NCBI GenBank assembly: GCA_051251915.1
Contig: JBPOGF010000003.1
Coordinates: 160,001-224,000 of the forward strand
DNA: 64,000 bases
Reading direction: 5' to 3'
Source: Akkermansiaceae bacterium
GTDB taxonomy: Bacteria > Verrucomicrobiota > Verrucomicrobiia > Verrucomicrobiales > Akkermansiaceae
The notes below the pieces were generated by a model. It did not search any database, was not told the origin of the DNA, and was given only the letters and a program-made list of their open reading frames with translations. Below, piece after piece: positions 29,337 through 38,667 of the stretch. Both the position numbers and the translations under genes were made by a program. How positions within the stretch are numbered: position 1 is the first letter of the stretch; every line of letters starts with the position of its first letter.

Positions 29337-30281
29337 TTATTGATTTTTTTCGGTGTGGGTTTTGATGTGGTTTAGGACTCGGAGGTGGATGCGGTGGATG
29401 ATTTCATCTGAGATGATGCTCCAGTAGAACTCGGGGGCGATGCTGTGGGTGTACCAGGTTGTGCCTTCGAGGGTGACTTTGTTGCCTGTTTGGGTTAGGC
29501 GGAATTCTCCTTTTTGGGAGAGCATGTGGCCGTGTAGGTGGGGGGCGTGCATATCGTGGTAGATGGAGAGTTCATTCATGGGTGGAGGGTTCTCTGTGAC
29601 GCTGAATGCTAGGTGGTGGGGTGCGTCCCAGGTGGTGATGGGTTCGACGAAGTCTCCGGTGGAGAATGTGCAGTGGCGGATGGCTCCTACGCCGTGGCCA
29701 TGAATGGTGGCTTCTATGGGGTAGGCGATGCCGAGGCGGAAGATGCCTTCTGGTGGGGCGGTGATTTCAGGGAATGCGATGACTGCGGCCCAGACGTCAC
29801 CGATGGGTGCATCAATGATGACGGAGGTGGTGACGCTGCGGACTTTGGGTTCTGGGGCGGTGGCGTGGTCGAATCCGACGAGTAGGGGGAAGGATAGTGC
29901 GAGGAGGGTGGCGATGGAGGTTCCGGTTTTATCGCTAAGTGAGTTGGCGGTGAGGCGGCCGAGTGCTGTTCCTATGGTTGCTAGGAGTAGAGTGAGGGGG
30001 AGAGCCATGAGGAGGCAGATGAGTCCATCGAGAGCAAATATGATGATGAGGCAGCCTAGGGTTAGGGTGCTCCAGGTGGCTACTCCGTAGGCGCTGCGGT
30101 ATGTTTTTTCTCGTTTGTAGCACCATGCGAATGCGGCTAGGAAGCTAACTAGAATGGGGAGGCCGAGAAAGAGGCTCCAGCCGTAGTCCTCGAATACTAC
30201 GACGGATAAGGCGGCACCGCCGAGGCCGATGATGGCTGGGAGGAGGATAGCGGTGGCTTTATGGTTTAGGAATTTTTGCAT
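29337..30281 (-). CDS. Membrane protein with C-terminal SRPBCC/START-like domain
   Basis: About 5 TM segments incl. DGLICLLMA.P, then V.TSV.IDAP...VW, GVGAIR.C.FSTG.F.E.IT.W. Confidence 0.75.
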   Translation of the reverse strand: MQKFLNHKATAILLPAIIGLGGAALSVVVFEDYGWSLFLGLPILVSFLAAFAWCYKREKTYRSAYGVATWSTLTLGCLIIIFALDGLICLLMALPLTLLLATIGTALGRLTANSLSDKTGTSIATLLALSFPLLVGFDHATAPEPKVRSVTTSVIIDAPIGDVWAAVIAFPEITAPPEGIFRLGIAYPIEATIHGHGVGAIRHCTFSTGDFVEPITTWDAPHHLAFSVTENPPPMNELSIYHDMHAPHLHGHMLSQKGEFRLTQTGNKVTLEGTTWYTHSIAPEFYWSIISDEIIHRIHLRVLNHIKTHTEKNQ

Positions 30282-30606
30282 GTTTGAGGTGGGCGATAAG
30301 TAGGGCTGGGAGGGCGGTGATGAGTGGTGGGATCCATCCGAATAGGGTGATCATGATATTTAGGGCAGCTCCATCATAGGAGAGATTTCCTCTGTGGGTA
30401 GCGTGTTGTAGGCGAGCTCCCCAGTAGTAAAGGTCATTGTATAGAACTAGAATTAGCCAAGTGGCAGGGATGGCTATGAAGTATCTATTGATGGGGCGGA
30501 TTTTTTTGAGCTTTGGGATGATGGGGAGGCAGATGAGTGAGGGGACTAGGATGCTGAGTGTATTAAATGTGTACGACGCGAACTTTAATTTTGAGGGTGG
30601 ATCCAT
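30259..30606 (-). CDS. Hypothetical membrane protein
   Basis: Three hydrophobic segments, YDG..LN....LFGW; tightly packed between neighbours. Confidence 0.6.
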   Translation of the reverse strand: MDPPSKLKFASYTFNTLSILVPSLICLPIIPKLKKIRPINRYFIAIPATWLILVLYNDLYYWGARLQHATHRGNLSYDGAALNIMITLFGWIPPLITALPALLIAHLKHAKIPKP

Positions 30607-30612
30607 GGTGGT

Positions 30613-31149
30613 CTATTCAGCGGTTTTGTTTTCTTGTTGGTCTGCGTTGAGGGTTTTTTGGAAGCCGTTGAATGTGGCGGTGACGGTGTGTTTGGTTAGG
30701 ATGAATTTGTCGTTTTTGTTGTCGTATAGTTGTTGGCCGGTGAGGGTGAAGAGGGCGAAGACTCCTGTGGTTTCTTCCATGCCTCTGCGGAAGCCTTCTC
30801 CGAATGAGTAGTAGAGGACGATGGTTTGTTTGTAGTTTTTTGTGCCTCCTTCGCCGTTGAAGTCGACGTTTTCAGATTGGCGGAGGAGGAGTGGTCTGGC
30901 GTCTGCGCCTAGGTATCTGCCGCCGGCGTTTTCTTTAGGGCCAGCTTCGTAGGCTTCAAATTGGGTTTTTAGTTCTTTGTTTTCTTGGAGTAGGGTGTTG
31001 AATTTTTTGATGAGCTGTGGGGTGTAATCGCTGTTTTCTTCTTCATTTTGGGCTTCGTCTGGTTCTTTATTTGGTTCGAGGGTGATGGTGAGTGGCTTGG
31101 CGATTGTGATGATGGAGCTGGCTATGATTAGTATGATGGATAGTTTCAT
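30613..31149 (-). CDS. Hypothetical secreted protein
   Basis: Signal peptide-like N-terminus; strand-typical codon usage. Confidence 0.65.
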   Translation of the reverse strand: MKLSIILIIASSIITIAKPLTITLEPNKEPDEAQNEEENSDYTPQLIKKFNTLLQENKELKTQFEAYEAGPKENAGGRYLGADARPLLLRQSENVDFNGEGGTKNYKQTIVLYYSFGEGFRRGMEETTGVFALFTLTGQQLYDNKNDKFILTKHTVTATFNGFQKTLNADQQENKTAE

Positions 31150-31203
31150 GGTTGGGTTTGATTTGATTTGTTGTTTGAGGTTGTGGGGGAATAATATTTT
31201 GGG

Positions 31204-31581
31204 TTACTCGATGGTGGTGATGGTGCCGTCTGGGGTGGCTTTGATGATGGCGCTGATGGGTTTGTTGTCGAATGGTAGGCTGATGTCGGCGGTGTATGCG
31301 AGGGTTTCTAGGAGGGTGGGTTGGAGACCGAAGTTTACGTGGAGCCAGAGTTCTTTTCCTAGTTTAGTGGGGTCACTGGGGCCTGAGGTGTAGTGGTAGC
31401 GGTCTGTGATTTTTGTTTTAGCGGCGTGGATGTTGTCGCCGATATGGACCTGGGTGCGGAGGTCCTTCATTTTGGTTTTGTAGACGTGTGATCTGTATGG
31501 GGTGCATTGAGAGAGGGTGATGGCGGTTAGGGTTAGGAGTGTGAGGATTTTTAGTGGGTGTTTCATTGGGTTGTGCTTCAT
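31204..31581 (-). CDS. Hypothetical putative lipoprotein
   Basis: KILTLLTLTAITLSQC lipobox-like N-terminus. Confidence 0.6.
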   Translation of the reverse strand: MKHNPMKHPLKILTLLTLTAITLSQCTPYRSHVYKTKMKDLRTQVHIGDNIHAAKTKITDRYHYTSGPSDPTKLGKELWLHVNFGLQPTLLETLAYTADISLPFDNKPISAIIKATPDGTITTIE

Positions 31582-31585
31582 GAGG

Positions 31586-32044
31586 TTAGTCTGCGGTAAA
31601 TCTTATGAATACTCGGTATCGAGTTTTGTTTGCGTAAATGGTGCATTGGGCGCCATGGTCATGTGGTTTCATCTTGGGTGACTTTGATGTCCATGTCCAT
31701 TTGGAATCGATTTGAAATCCTGAGTAGGGGTCAACACGGTGGGCGGTTGTTATTTTTGGTCCTTAGGTAGAAGTCGATTTTTCGAATTTTCTTCCTGCTA
31801 TTAGGCTGTTGAATTGCTCGGGTTTGATGGTGCAATCAGCTTCGAGGATGTAGTCTGTCCAGGACTCGCTTCCGCTGGAATTTATTTTCATGGAGGAGGG
31901 AAGAAGTTTTATTTGTAGTGCGTGGCGAAGTCCGGCTTTAGTCTTTCCTGATGCGACTGGTATGAAGCCGTGATACCAGGCTAGTGGTGTGAGAATGATG
32001 AGTCCTAGTAAAAAGATTCGGAATAACCATTTACGTTTTTTCAT
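31586..32044 (-). pseudogene. Hypothetical membrane-anchored protein interrupted by an in-frame TAA at 31763-31765
   Basis: After the TAA the same frame stays open for 58 codons (GPKITTAHRVDPYSGFQIDSKWTW...RVFIRFTAD) to TAA 31586-31588, 4 nt before the next ATG. Confidence 0.65.
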
Positions 32045-32085
32045 AGGGTTTTATTATGGGGGGGAGGTGGTTGGGGGCAAGTTTA

Positions 32086-32120
32086 AAGGCTACTACGCGT
32101 GGATAGCGTGAGTAGCCTTT
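32086..32120 (-). terminator. Hairpin terminator of the ECF operon
   Basis: AAAGGCTACT ACGC gtggata GCGT g AGTAGCCTTT. Confidence 0.7.
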
Positions 32121-32152
32121 GTGGTTGGGAGGGGTGTTGTTGTGGGGTTGTT

Positions 32153-32779
32153 TTATTTGAGTTTTTCTAGGATGGCTTCTAGGAGTTTGCGTTGCTGGGA
32201 TAGTTCATTTTTTAGCTCGGAGACTTCTTTTTTGAGTTCTGTGGTGTCTGCTGATCCGGTGACGAATGCTGGGCCGATGCGGGCAATTCCAGGTTGGTCT
32301 GGGGATCCTGTTTTGGTGAGCTTGTTGATGGCGTCTGCTAGGGTATCTCCTTTATTGAGTGGGATTTTTTTACCGTCTGGGCCTATTAGGATGGTTTGAT
32401 TACTTTTGCCAGCTTCCTTGAGGGCTTTGTTTATGGCTTTATTTAAGTCTTTGTTTACGGTATCGCCGCTGTTCTCTGGGATATCGGCTCCACCGAGTTG
32501 AATGATTTGTTTTTTACCATCTTGAATGATTTCTATCCCTTGTGTTGTGATTTTAATTTCTGGTTTGGTGGTGTGCTTTTTTGGGGCTTTGACTTTGGCT
32601 TTGCCTTTCTTTTCGGTTTCTTTTTGTGTCTCTTCGATCGCTTTTTGGATGGCTTCACCGATTGATTCTCCTTCTTTTAGGGTGATGGACTTTATGGTGA
32701 TTTTGTTCTCATCAGCTTTTCCAAGTAGTGGGATGGTGAGGAGTGCGAGTAGGGTTGTTATGCTTGTGGTTAGTTTCAT
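32153..32779 (-). CDS. Secreted hypothetical protein with C-terminal coiled coil
   Basis: Signal peptide; internal repeats (LKEGESIGEAIQK / LNKGDTLADAINK); ELKKEVSELKNELSQQRKLLEAIL. Confidence 0.7.
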   Translation of the reverse strand: MKLTTSITTLLALLTIPLLGKADENKITIKSITLKEGESIGEAIQKAIEETQKETEKKGKAKVKAPKKHTTKPEIKITTQGIEIIQDGKKQIIQLGGADIPENSGDTVNKDLNKAINKALKEAGKSNQTILIGPDGKKIPLNKGDTLADAINKLTKTGSPDQPGIARIGPAFVTGSADTTELKKEVSELKNELSQQRKLLEAILEKLK

Positions 32780-32809
32780 TTGTTTGTTGTTAGTGGTTTG
32801 TGAGAAATT

Positions 32810-33271
32810 TTATTGGTTGTTTGGGTAGTAGTTGATGGGGACTACGAGTTGGTCTCCATTTTCTAGATAGGTGGCGACGTAGGCGGTGGATGGTTGTTGT
32901 GTGGGTTTAGTGGGCTGGGTTGGGTTGGCTACTATGGTGGGAGTTTCTGGATGGGGTTGTTTGGCTGTCATGTTGCCTAGCATGATGCCGATGATGAGCA
33001 GGGCTGCTGAGGCTGCGGAGGTGAGCCAAAATTTGTTTTTGTTTGAGGTGGCAGGGGTGGGGAGGTTGATGGTTGGCTTTTCTAGTGTTTCGAGTGCTTC
33101 TAGTTCGGCGAAGGTTTCGCGGAGGATTTGTTTTTCTACGAAGGCTTTGGCGAGGGCGGGCCAGCATTCTGGGGATTGGGATTCGAAGCGGAGGAGGTGT
33201 TGGGTGCGCTCTTGGTGGGTGAGCTCGCCTGATACGATGTTTTCGATGATGGTGATGTCTTTGGCGTTCAT
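32810..33271 (-). CDS. Putative anti-sigma factor
   Basis: ATG 33271 overlaps the sigma stop (ATGA); IVSGEL...ER...L, central TM AASAALLIIGIMLG. Confidence 0.7.
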   Translation of the reverse strand: MNAKDITIIENIVSGELTHQERTQHLLRFESQSPECWPALAKAFVEKQILRETFAELEALETLEKPTINLPTPATSNKNKFWLTSAASAALLIIGIMLGNMTAKQPHPETPTIVANPTQPTKPTQQPSTAYVATYLENGDQLVVPINYYPNNQ

Positions 33272-33792
33272 GATTTTTCTCTGAGTGTGGTGATGATTTT
33301 TCTGAATTCTTCTCTGGCTCGGTGGAGGCGGTATTCTGCTGCTTTTGCGGTGATGTTTAGGGTGGTTGCGATTTTGTTGACCGTTGCTTCTGAGAAGTAT
33401 TTTAGTTTGAGGATTTGGCGGTTTTCTGGGTGGCATTTTGTTAGGGCGTCGATGACTTGTTGGCGGTCTTCTAGCGCTAGGACCCAGTCGAATGGTTGGG
33501 GGGGGGTAGGTGGTTCGATGTTTTCTGCTAGGTGATCTTTGAGTTTTTGGGAGCGTTGTTTGCTGCGTAGGTAGTCTGCGACTTTGTGGTTGATGACTTG
33601 GCGGATCCAGGCATCGGGGGTTTTGATTGATTCTGGGTTGGTGTTCTTTTCTACTGTGACGAGTAGTTCTTGCCAGATGTCGTCTAGGGCGTGGGAGTCA
33701 TCGGCTCCGAGCTTACTGGCAATCACTGCTCTGAGGCGGCGTTGTTGCTGTTCGAGCCAGGTGGCCGAGATGATGGAGTTTAGTTTGGTCAC
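33268..33792 (-). CDS. ECF RNA polymerase sigma factor
   Basis: DDIWQE, AWIRQVINHKVADYLR (region 2), LKLKY.....IA..L......EYRLHRARE (region 4); GTG start inferred. Confidence 0.9.
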   Translation of the reverse strand: MTKLNSIISATWLEQQQRRLRAVIASKLGADDSHALDDIWQELLVTVEKNTNPESIKTPDAWIRQVINHKVADYLRSKQRSQKLKDHLAENIEPPTPPQPFDWVLALEDRQQVIDALTKCHPENRQILKLKYFSEATVNKIATTLNITAKAAEYRLHRAREEFRKIITTLREKS

Positions 33793-33937
33793 AGGGTGGT
33801 GATTGGTCTCTTTGTTAGGTAAGTCGTATCGAGTGGATGGTTTCCCTGATCTTTTTTTAATTTGAGCAGTAGAAAAGTAGAATGGCAATGTGTATAATAT
33901 GGTGGAATGTTTGGAAGTCGTGTGCTAGATTTTTAGC

Positions 33938-34534
33938 ATGAAGAAGGGTTTAATGGATGAAATTTCAGGTGGTGATGGCTTGGCAGCTAGTGTGGCTGAG
34001 GGGGTGAGTGCTTTGGAGGAGGTTGGGGTTTTGTTGGGGGAGATGGGGGTGGATGATGGTTATTTTTTGAGGCGTGGGTTGGTGAGGTTTGATGATGCTG
34101 GGAGTGGTGAGTTGGTGGTGGTGCAGGTGGATGATGATGGGCGTGAGCATGAGTTGGTGGCTGGTGCGGGTGAGGCTTGGCTGGAGATGAAGGGGGCGGC
34201 GTTGGCTGATGGGGTGGTGTTGGAGATGGTGTCTGCGTTTAGGAGTGCGGAGAGGCAGGCGGAGATTGTTAGGGGTAAGGTTTTGCGTGGGTTGGGGGTG
34301 GATGAGATTTTTGCGGTGAGTGCTCCGCCGAGGTTTAGTGAGCATCATACGGGGCGGGCGGTGGATATTTCTACGCCTGGGTATGCGGTTCTGGAGGAGG
34401 AGTTTGAGGAGTCGGGGGCGTTTGAGTGGCTGGGGGAGAATGCGGGGAGGTTTGGGTTTAGTATGACTTATGGGAAGGGGAATGTGTATGGGTTTTTGTA
34501 TGAGCCTTGGCATTGGGTTTGGAGTGAATTTTAA
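33938..34534 (+). CDS. M15B-family Zn D,D-carboxypeptidase (VanY-like)
   Basis: SAFRS...Q, SEHHTGRAVD (SxHxxGxAxD), YEPWHW. Confidence 0.9.
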   Translation: MKKGLMDEISGGDGLAASVAEGVSALEEVGVLLGEMGVDDGYFLRRGLVRFDDAGSGELVVVQVDDDGREHELVAGAGEAWLEMKGAALADGVVLEMVSAFRSAERQAEIVRGKVLRGLGVDEIFAVSAPPRFSEHHTGRAVDISTPGYAVLEEEFEESGAFEWLGENAGRFGFSMTYGKGNVYGFLYEPWHWVWSEF

Positions 34535-34539
34535 GACTG

Positions 34540-35406
34540 ATGAATAAGACTGAGATTAGTGAGCCGGTTAGGCGGGGGTGGCTACGGCGGGTGCTGGGGC
34601 GTGAGTATTATATTGCTCGGCGTGCGCTGGGGTGGTGGGTGGATGCTGTTAGGGGGCGGAAGGTTTGGGCGCGTCAGGTGGAGGATGTTGATGGTCGTTT
34701 AGGAGAGGTTGGGGGTAAGTTTTTTGGGCATGTGGTGTTTGAGCATCGGTCGGTGATTTTGCGGAAGTTGGCGGGTGTGGATATGCGGTTGCAGGAGAAT
34801 AAGCGGCGGAATTTGGAGTTGGCGATAGCGCACTTGAATGGGGTGGTGATACGGCAGGGGGAGACGTTTTCTGTGTGGAAGAATGTGGGGAGGCCTACGC
34901 GGGGGAAGGGGTATTTAGAGGGGCTGGTGTTGCAGCAGGGACAGTTATCTAGCGGTGTGGGTGGGGGGATTTGCCAGTTGGGGAATTTGCTTTTTTGGTT
35001 GTTTGCGCATAGTCCGTTGATTGTTACGGAGCGGTATAGGCATGGGTTTGATGTGTTTCCGGATGTGGGGCGGAAGGTGCCGTTTGGGGCGGGTGCTACG
35101 TTGGCTTATAATTACATCGATTTACAGGTGCTGAATGAGTCTGTGGATGATTATAGGGTGGAGCTGTGGATGGATGATGATTTTCTTTATGGGAGGTTGC
35201 TGTGTGAGAGTCCGCTGGAGGTGGAGTATAGGGTGGAGGAGCGGAATCATGAGATTAGGCAGCAGTTTTGGGGTGGGTATTCACGGCATAATGAGGTGGT
35301 GCAGGTGAGGACTGATGGGGATGGGGTGGTGAGTGAGAGGGTGCTGGTGCGGAATGATGCGATTATGATGTATGCTCCGTTTTTGGAAAATAAAGTAAAC
35401 GATTAG
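34540..35406 (+). CDS. VanW family protein
   Basis: LQENK..NL.LA...LNG.VI..GETFS.W, KGY.EG, GGGICQ..N, ER..H..D.FPD, GAT..YNY.DL. Confidence 0.9.
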   Translation: MNKTEISEPVRRGWLRRVLGREYYIARRALGWWVDAVRGRKVWARQVEDVDGRLGEVGGKFFGHVVFEHRSVILRKLAGVDMRLQENKRRNLELAIAHLNGVVIRQGETFSVWKNVGRPTRGKGYLEGLVLQQGQLSSGVGGGICQLGNLLFWLFAHSPLIVTERYRHGFDVFPDVGRKVPFGAGATLAYNYIDLQVLNESVDDYRVELWMDDDFLYGRLLCESPLEVEYRVEERNHEIRQQFWGGYSRHNEVVQVRTDGDGVVSERVLVRNDAIMMYAPFLENKVND

Positions 35407-35488
35407 GGTTGTTCGACGGTTTTTGGTGCCTGCGGCACGTCAGAGGTAATTGGTCCAGCATGATGGTGCGGGGATGATGTTGGTGGTG

Positions 35489-36301
35489 CTATAGTTTTGT
35501 GTAGGAGCGTTTTCTTTGGTTTAGGAGGGTGGTGTGGGTGTAGCCGGCGGATTTGGCTATTTGGGTGGCTAGGTTTCGGTCTCGGGCGACTTCGCTGGGG
35601 TGGTGGGCGTCTGAGGAGATGATGAGGTCTATGCCGGCGTCGCGGGCGAGTTCTAGGAAGGCGGTGTCTGGGTAGACTTGTGCGCAGGGTTTGTGGAGGC
35701 CGGCGGTGTTTAGCTCGATGATGGTGCCGGCGGTGGCGATGGCGTCGATGGCGGGTTCGTAGTAGCGGGTGAGGTCGCCTTCGGGTTTGTAGCCGAATTT
35801 CTTGATGAGGTCTGGGTGGGCGAGGATGTCGAATAGTCCGGAGTCTGCCATTTCTGTGTAGGCTTTCCAGTAGAGGTCCCAGGCTTGGTCGACGTCTGTT
35901 TCTGCCCATTTTCCTAGCCAGGCTGGGTTATCGAAGTCCCAGGTATCTGGGCCGATGTAGTGGACGGAGCCGATGAGGTAGTCCCAGGGGTGGAGGGTGC
36001 GGAGGTGGTTGATCCAGGGTTCGCAGCCGGGGAGCCAGTCGCATTCTAAGCCGCTGCGGACGTTGATGCGGTCGCCGGCGTGGGCTTTGGCGTCGGCGAT
36101 CCATTGGAGGTATTCTGGGATTTGTGTGGAGAGCATACGCCAGTCGTCGAAGGGTTCTGAGCCGTCTGATTTTTGTTGTGGGGCGTGGTCTGAGATGCCG
36201 TATTCTGTGAGGCCTGCGGCGATGGCGGCGTCGATGTATTGTTGTGGTGTGCCTTCGGCGTGGAGGCAGAGTGGTGTGTGGGTGTGGTAGTCAGCGCTCA
36301 T
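35489..36301 (-). CDS. Histidinol-phosphatase, PHP (HisJ) family
   Basis: DYHTHTPLC.HA, SDH, GLE.D, IGSVH, HPD, ELNT.G, SSDAH. Confidence 0.9.
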   Translation of the reverse strand: MSADYHTHTPLCLHAEGTPQQYIDAAIAAGLTEYGISDHAPQQKSDGSEPFDDWRMLSTQIPEYLQWIADAKAHAGDRINVRSGLECDWLPGCEPWINHLRTLHPWDYLIGSVHYIGPDTWDFDNPAWLGKWAETDVDQAWDLYWKAYTEMADSGLFDILAHPDLIKKFGYKPEGDLTRYYEPAIDAIATAGTIIELNTAGLHKPCAQVYPDTAFLELARDAGIDLIISSDAHHPSEVARDRNLATQIAKSAGYTHTTLLNQRKRSYTKL

Positions 36302-36594
36302 GGGTGTGTTTTTAGTGGTTTGGGTGTGTTTTGCGAGTGAAAATTTGGTGATCGGAGGTGAGTGTTCAGTGATAGGTGAGGGTCATGATGCATTGATGGG
36401 GTTGATGTCTGGGGTGGATGGATGGGTTGTGGAGGTTCTTTGGGGGTTTATGATAAGGTTGTTATGTGTGTTATGGCGTAAGTTTTTAAAGTGTTGGCGT
36501 ACTAGATGCTTGCATGTTATCGAGATTGAGTCATTTTGTGTGCTCTAAAACACGAGGCGAAAGACTAGAAACCAAGAGAAGAGAAAGAAAAGCG

Positions 36595-38337
36595 ATGCCA
36601 CAACCGAATTATATTCCAGAAGAAGCTCCATTTAACGCTGAACAACGTCAGTGGTTGAATTCCCTGGTGGGGAAATTTATCTCAGACCTGACATCGGGTA
36701 AGGGAATAGGCGGGCGTAGTAATGCGCCAGTGGTACCGGTGACTATATTAGTAGGGTCACAGACTGGTAATGGTGAGGGGCTAGCTAAGAAGCTATCGAA
36801 GGCGATGGCGAAGATGAATTTTGCTCCGCAGGTGGAGGATATGGGAAGCTATGATAAGGCGCGACTTGCTGAGGAGCAGAATGTGCTGATCATTACTTCT
36901 ACTTATGGAGATGGTGAGCCACCGGATAGCGCGGCTGATCTGCATGAATATGTGCGGAGTGAGGGTGCGGCTAGGCTGGAGAATGTGAATTACTCGGTGC
37001 TTGCGCTGGGTGATACTGAGTATCCGGATTTTTGTAAGTGCGGGATTGAGTTTGATGAGGCATTTGAGAAGCTTGGGGCTAAGAGAATTTATCCTAGAGT
37101 GGATTGCGATGTGGAATTTGATGATGATTTCAAGGCGTGGCAGAGTGGTGTGATGGATGCACTGGGTGGATCTGCTGTGGGTAGTGATGATTCTGAGGAT
37201 GTGGCTGAAGATGGCTACAGTAAGAAGAATCCTTATCCGGCAGCGATTTTGAAGAACGTGAATTTAAATGCTGCTGATTCGCAGCGTGAGACGTATCACA
37301 TTGAGTTCTCGCTAGAGGGATCTGGACTTGAGTATGAGGTGGGTGATGCACTGGGTGTGATGCCTAGAAACTCTGAGGAGTTGGTGGATGAGATTTTATC
37401 AAATCTTCCGTTTAAGCCTACTGAGGAGGTGCCTCTTACTACTGGTGGTGAGGCGACTTTGCGCGATGCATTGATCGAGCATTATGATGTTCGTAGTCTG
37501 AATAAGCGGTTCTTGCAGAGCTGGCAGGAGCGTAGTGGCTCGCCTTATTTGAGGTCTCTGATTGAGGCTGATGATAAGAAGGAGTTCGATGATTTTTGTT
37601 GGGGTAGAGATTTGATTGATTTGATCACGGATCATCCGGCGGATTTCTCAGATGCTGAGGAGTTTGTGGGTGTGCTTAAGAAGCTTCAACCTAGGTTGTA
37701 TTCTATCTCAAGTAGCCCGAATGCGCATCCTGGTGAGGTGCATTTGACGGTGGCTATTGTGAGGTATCATAGTAATTACCGTGATCGTGGTGGTGTTTGT
37801 TCTACGTTTTTGTCTGATCGTTCTGAGGGTATCCAGCCTGGGGTGTTTGTTCATTCTAATAAGGCATTCCGTTTGCCTGAGGATGGTGATAAGCCGGTGA
37901 TTATGGTAGGGCCTGGAACTGGTGTTGCTCCATTCAGAGCTTTCTTAGAAGAGCGTCAGGTGTCTGCTGCTAAGGGTGGTAACTGGTTGTTCTTTGGTAA
38001 TCCTCATGAGTCTGAAGATTTCCTTTATAAGGATGAGTTGGAAGGGATGCAGAAGGATGGTGTCTTGACTAAACTTGACTTGGCGTTCTCACGTGATCAG
38101 GCGGAGAAGATTTATGTGCAGGACCGCATGCTGGAAAGTGGTGCTGAGCTGTGGAAGTGGCTTAATGATGAAGGTGGATACTTCTATGTATGCGGTGATG
38201 CGTCACGCATGGCGAAGGATGTGGATGCGGCGTTGCATAAGATAGCTGAGACGCACGGTGGACTTTCTGAGGCTAAGGCGCAGGAATTTATCAAGCAGCT
38301 GAAGAAGGAGAAGCGTTACGCGAGAGACGTTTATTAG
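36595..38337 (+). CDS. Diflavin reductase, sulfite reductase flavoprotein (CysJ-like)
   Basis: GSQTGN, STYGDGEPP, LGD..Y..FC, RLYSISSS, GVCS.FL, MVGPGTGVAPFR, YVCGDA..MA, RY.RDVY. Confidence 0.9.
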   Translation: MPQPNYIPEEAPFNAEQRQWLNSLVGKFISDLTSGKGIGGRSNAPVVPVTILVGSQTGNGEGLAKKLSKAMAKMNFAPQVEDMGSYDKARLAEEQNVLIITSTYGDGEPPDSAADLHEYVRSEGAARLENVNYSVLALGDTEYPDFCKCGIEFDEAFEKLGAKRIYPRVDCDVEFDDDFKAWQSGVMDALGGSAVGSDDSEDVAEDGYSKKNPYPAAILKNVNLNAADSQRETYHIEFSLEGSGLEYEVGDALGVMPRNSEELVDEILSNLPFKPTEEVPLTTGGEATLRDALIEHYDVRSLNKRFLQSWQERSGSPYLRSLIEADDKKEFDDFCWGRDLIDLITDHPADFSDAEEFVGVLKKLQPRLYSISSSPNAHPGEVHLTVAIVRYHSNYRDRGGVCSTFLSDRSEGIQPGVFVHSNKAFRLPEDGDKPVIMVGPGTGVAPFRAFLEERQVSAAKGGNWLFFGNPHESEDFLYKDELEGMQKDGVLTKLDLAFSRDQAEKIYVQDRMLESGAELWKWLNDEGGYFYVCGDASRMAKDVDAALHKIAETHGGLSEAKAQEFIKQLKKEKRYARDVY

Positions 38338-38409
38338 GCTGTGGAGAGCTAGGTAATGATTGATCGCTACAGCGCTCATTATTTATTATCTATAGAATTT
38401 AAAAGTTTG

Positions 38410-38448
38410 GGCGCGATTGACGATTAGTCAGTCGCGCCTATTTTATTT
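38410..38448 (+). terminator. Intrinsic terminator after the cysJ-like gene
   Basis: GGCGCGATTGAC gatta GTCAGTCGCGCC followed by TATTTTATTT. Confidence 0.8.
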
Positions 38449-38667
38449 GTAGTGGTTATACGGCAGACCTTAATGCGAGGATGGGTGCTTACTTGAAGAT
38501 TACTCAAATAAAGGTGAAGTTTAATTCGATGGGAATGGTGAGAGAAGAGCTTAGCCCTTATTTTGTATAAGTTTAACAGTGTAAACTTATGATTTTATTT
38601 GGCTTGACCGATTTGAGCACAACCTTATAAATACAGTTATTATTAACCAACATACTCTATAAAATTT

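Noticed and set aside
29337..32044. Active integron
   Set aside because: No intI and no RYYYAAC...GTTRRRY attC palindromes; spacers too short
33498..33506. Poly-G runs (9 G here; 8 G at 16236-16243 and in manA) as phase-variation tracts
   Set aside because: Genes are in frame, and G runs are expected under the strong G skew
33938..35406. Vancomycin resistance cluster
   Set aside because: No vanH, ligase, vanX or vanRS present
36300..36548. 82-aa + strand ORF between the hisJ-like and cysJ-like genes
   Set aside because: V/G-rich translation of a G/T-skewed divergent promoter region with no recognisable motif
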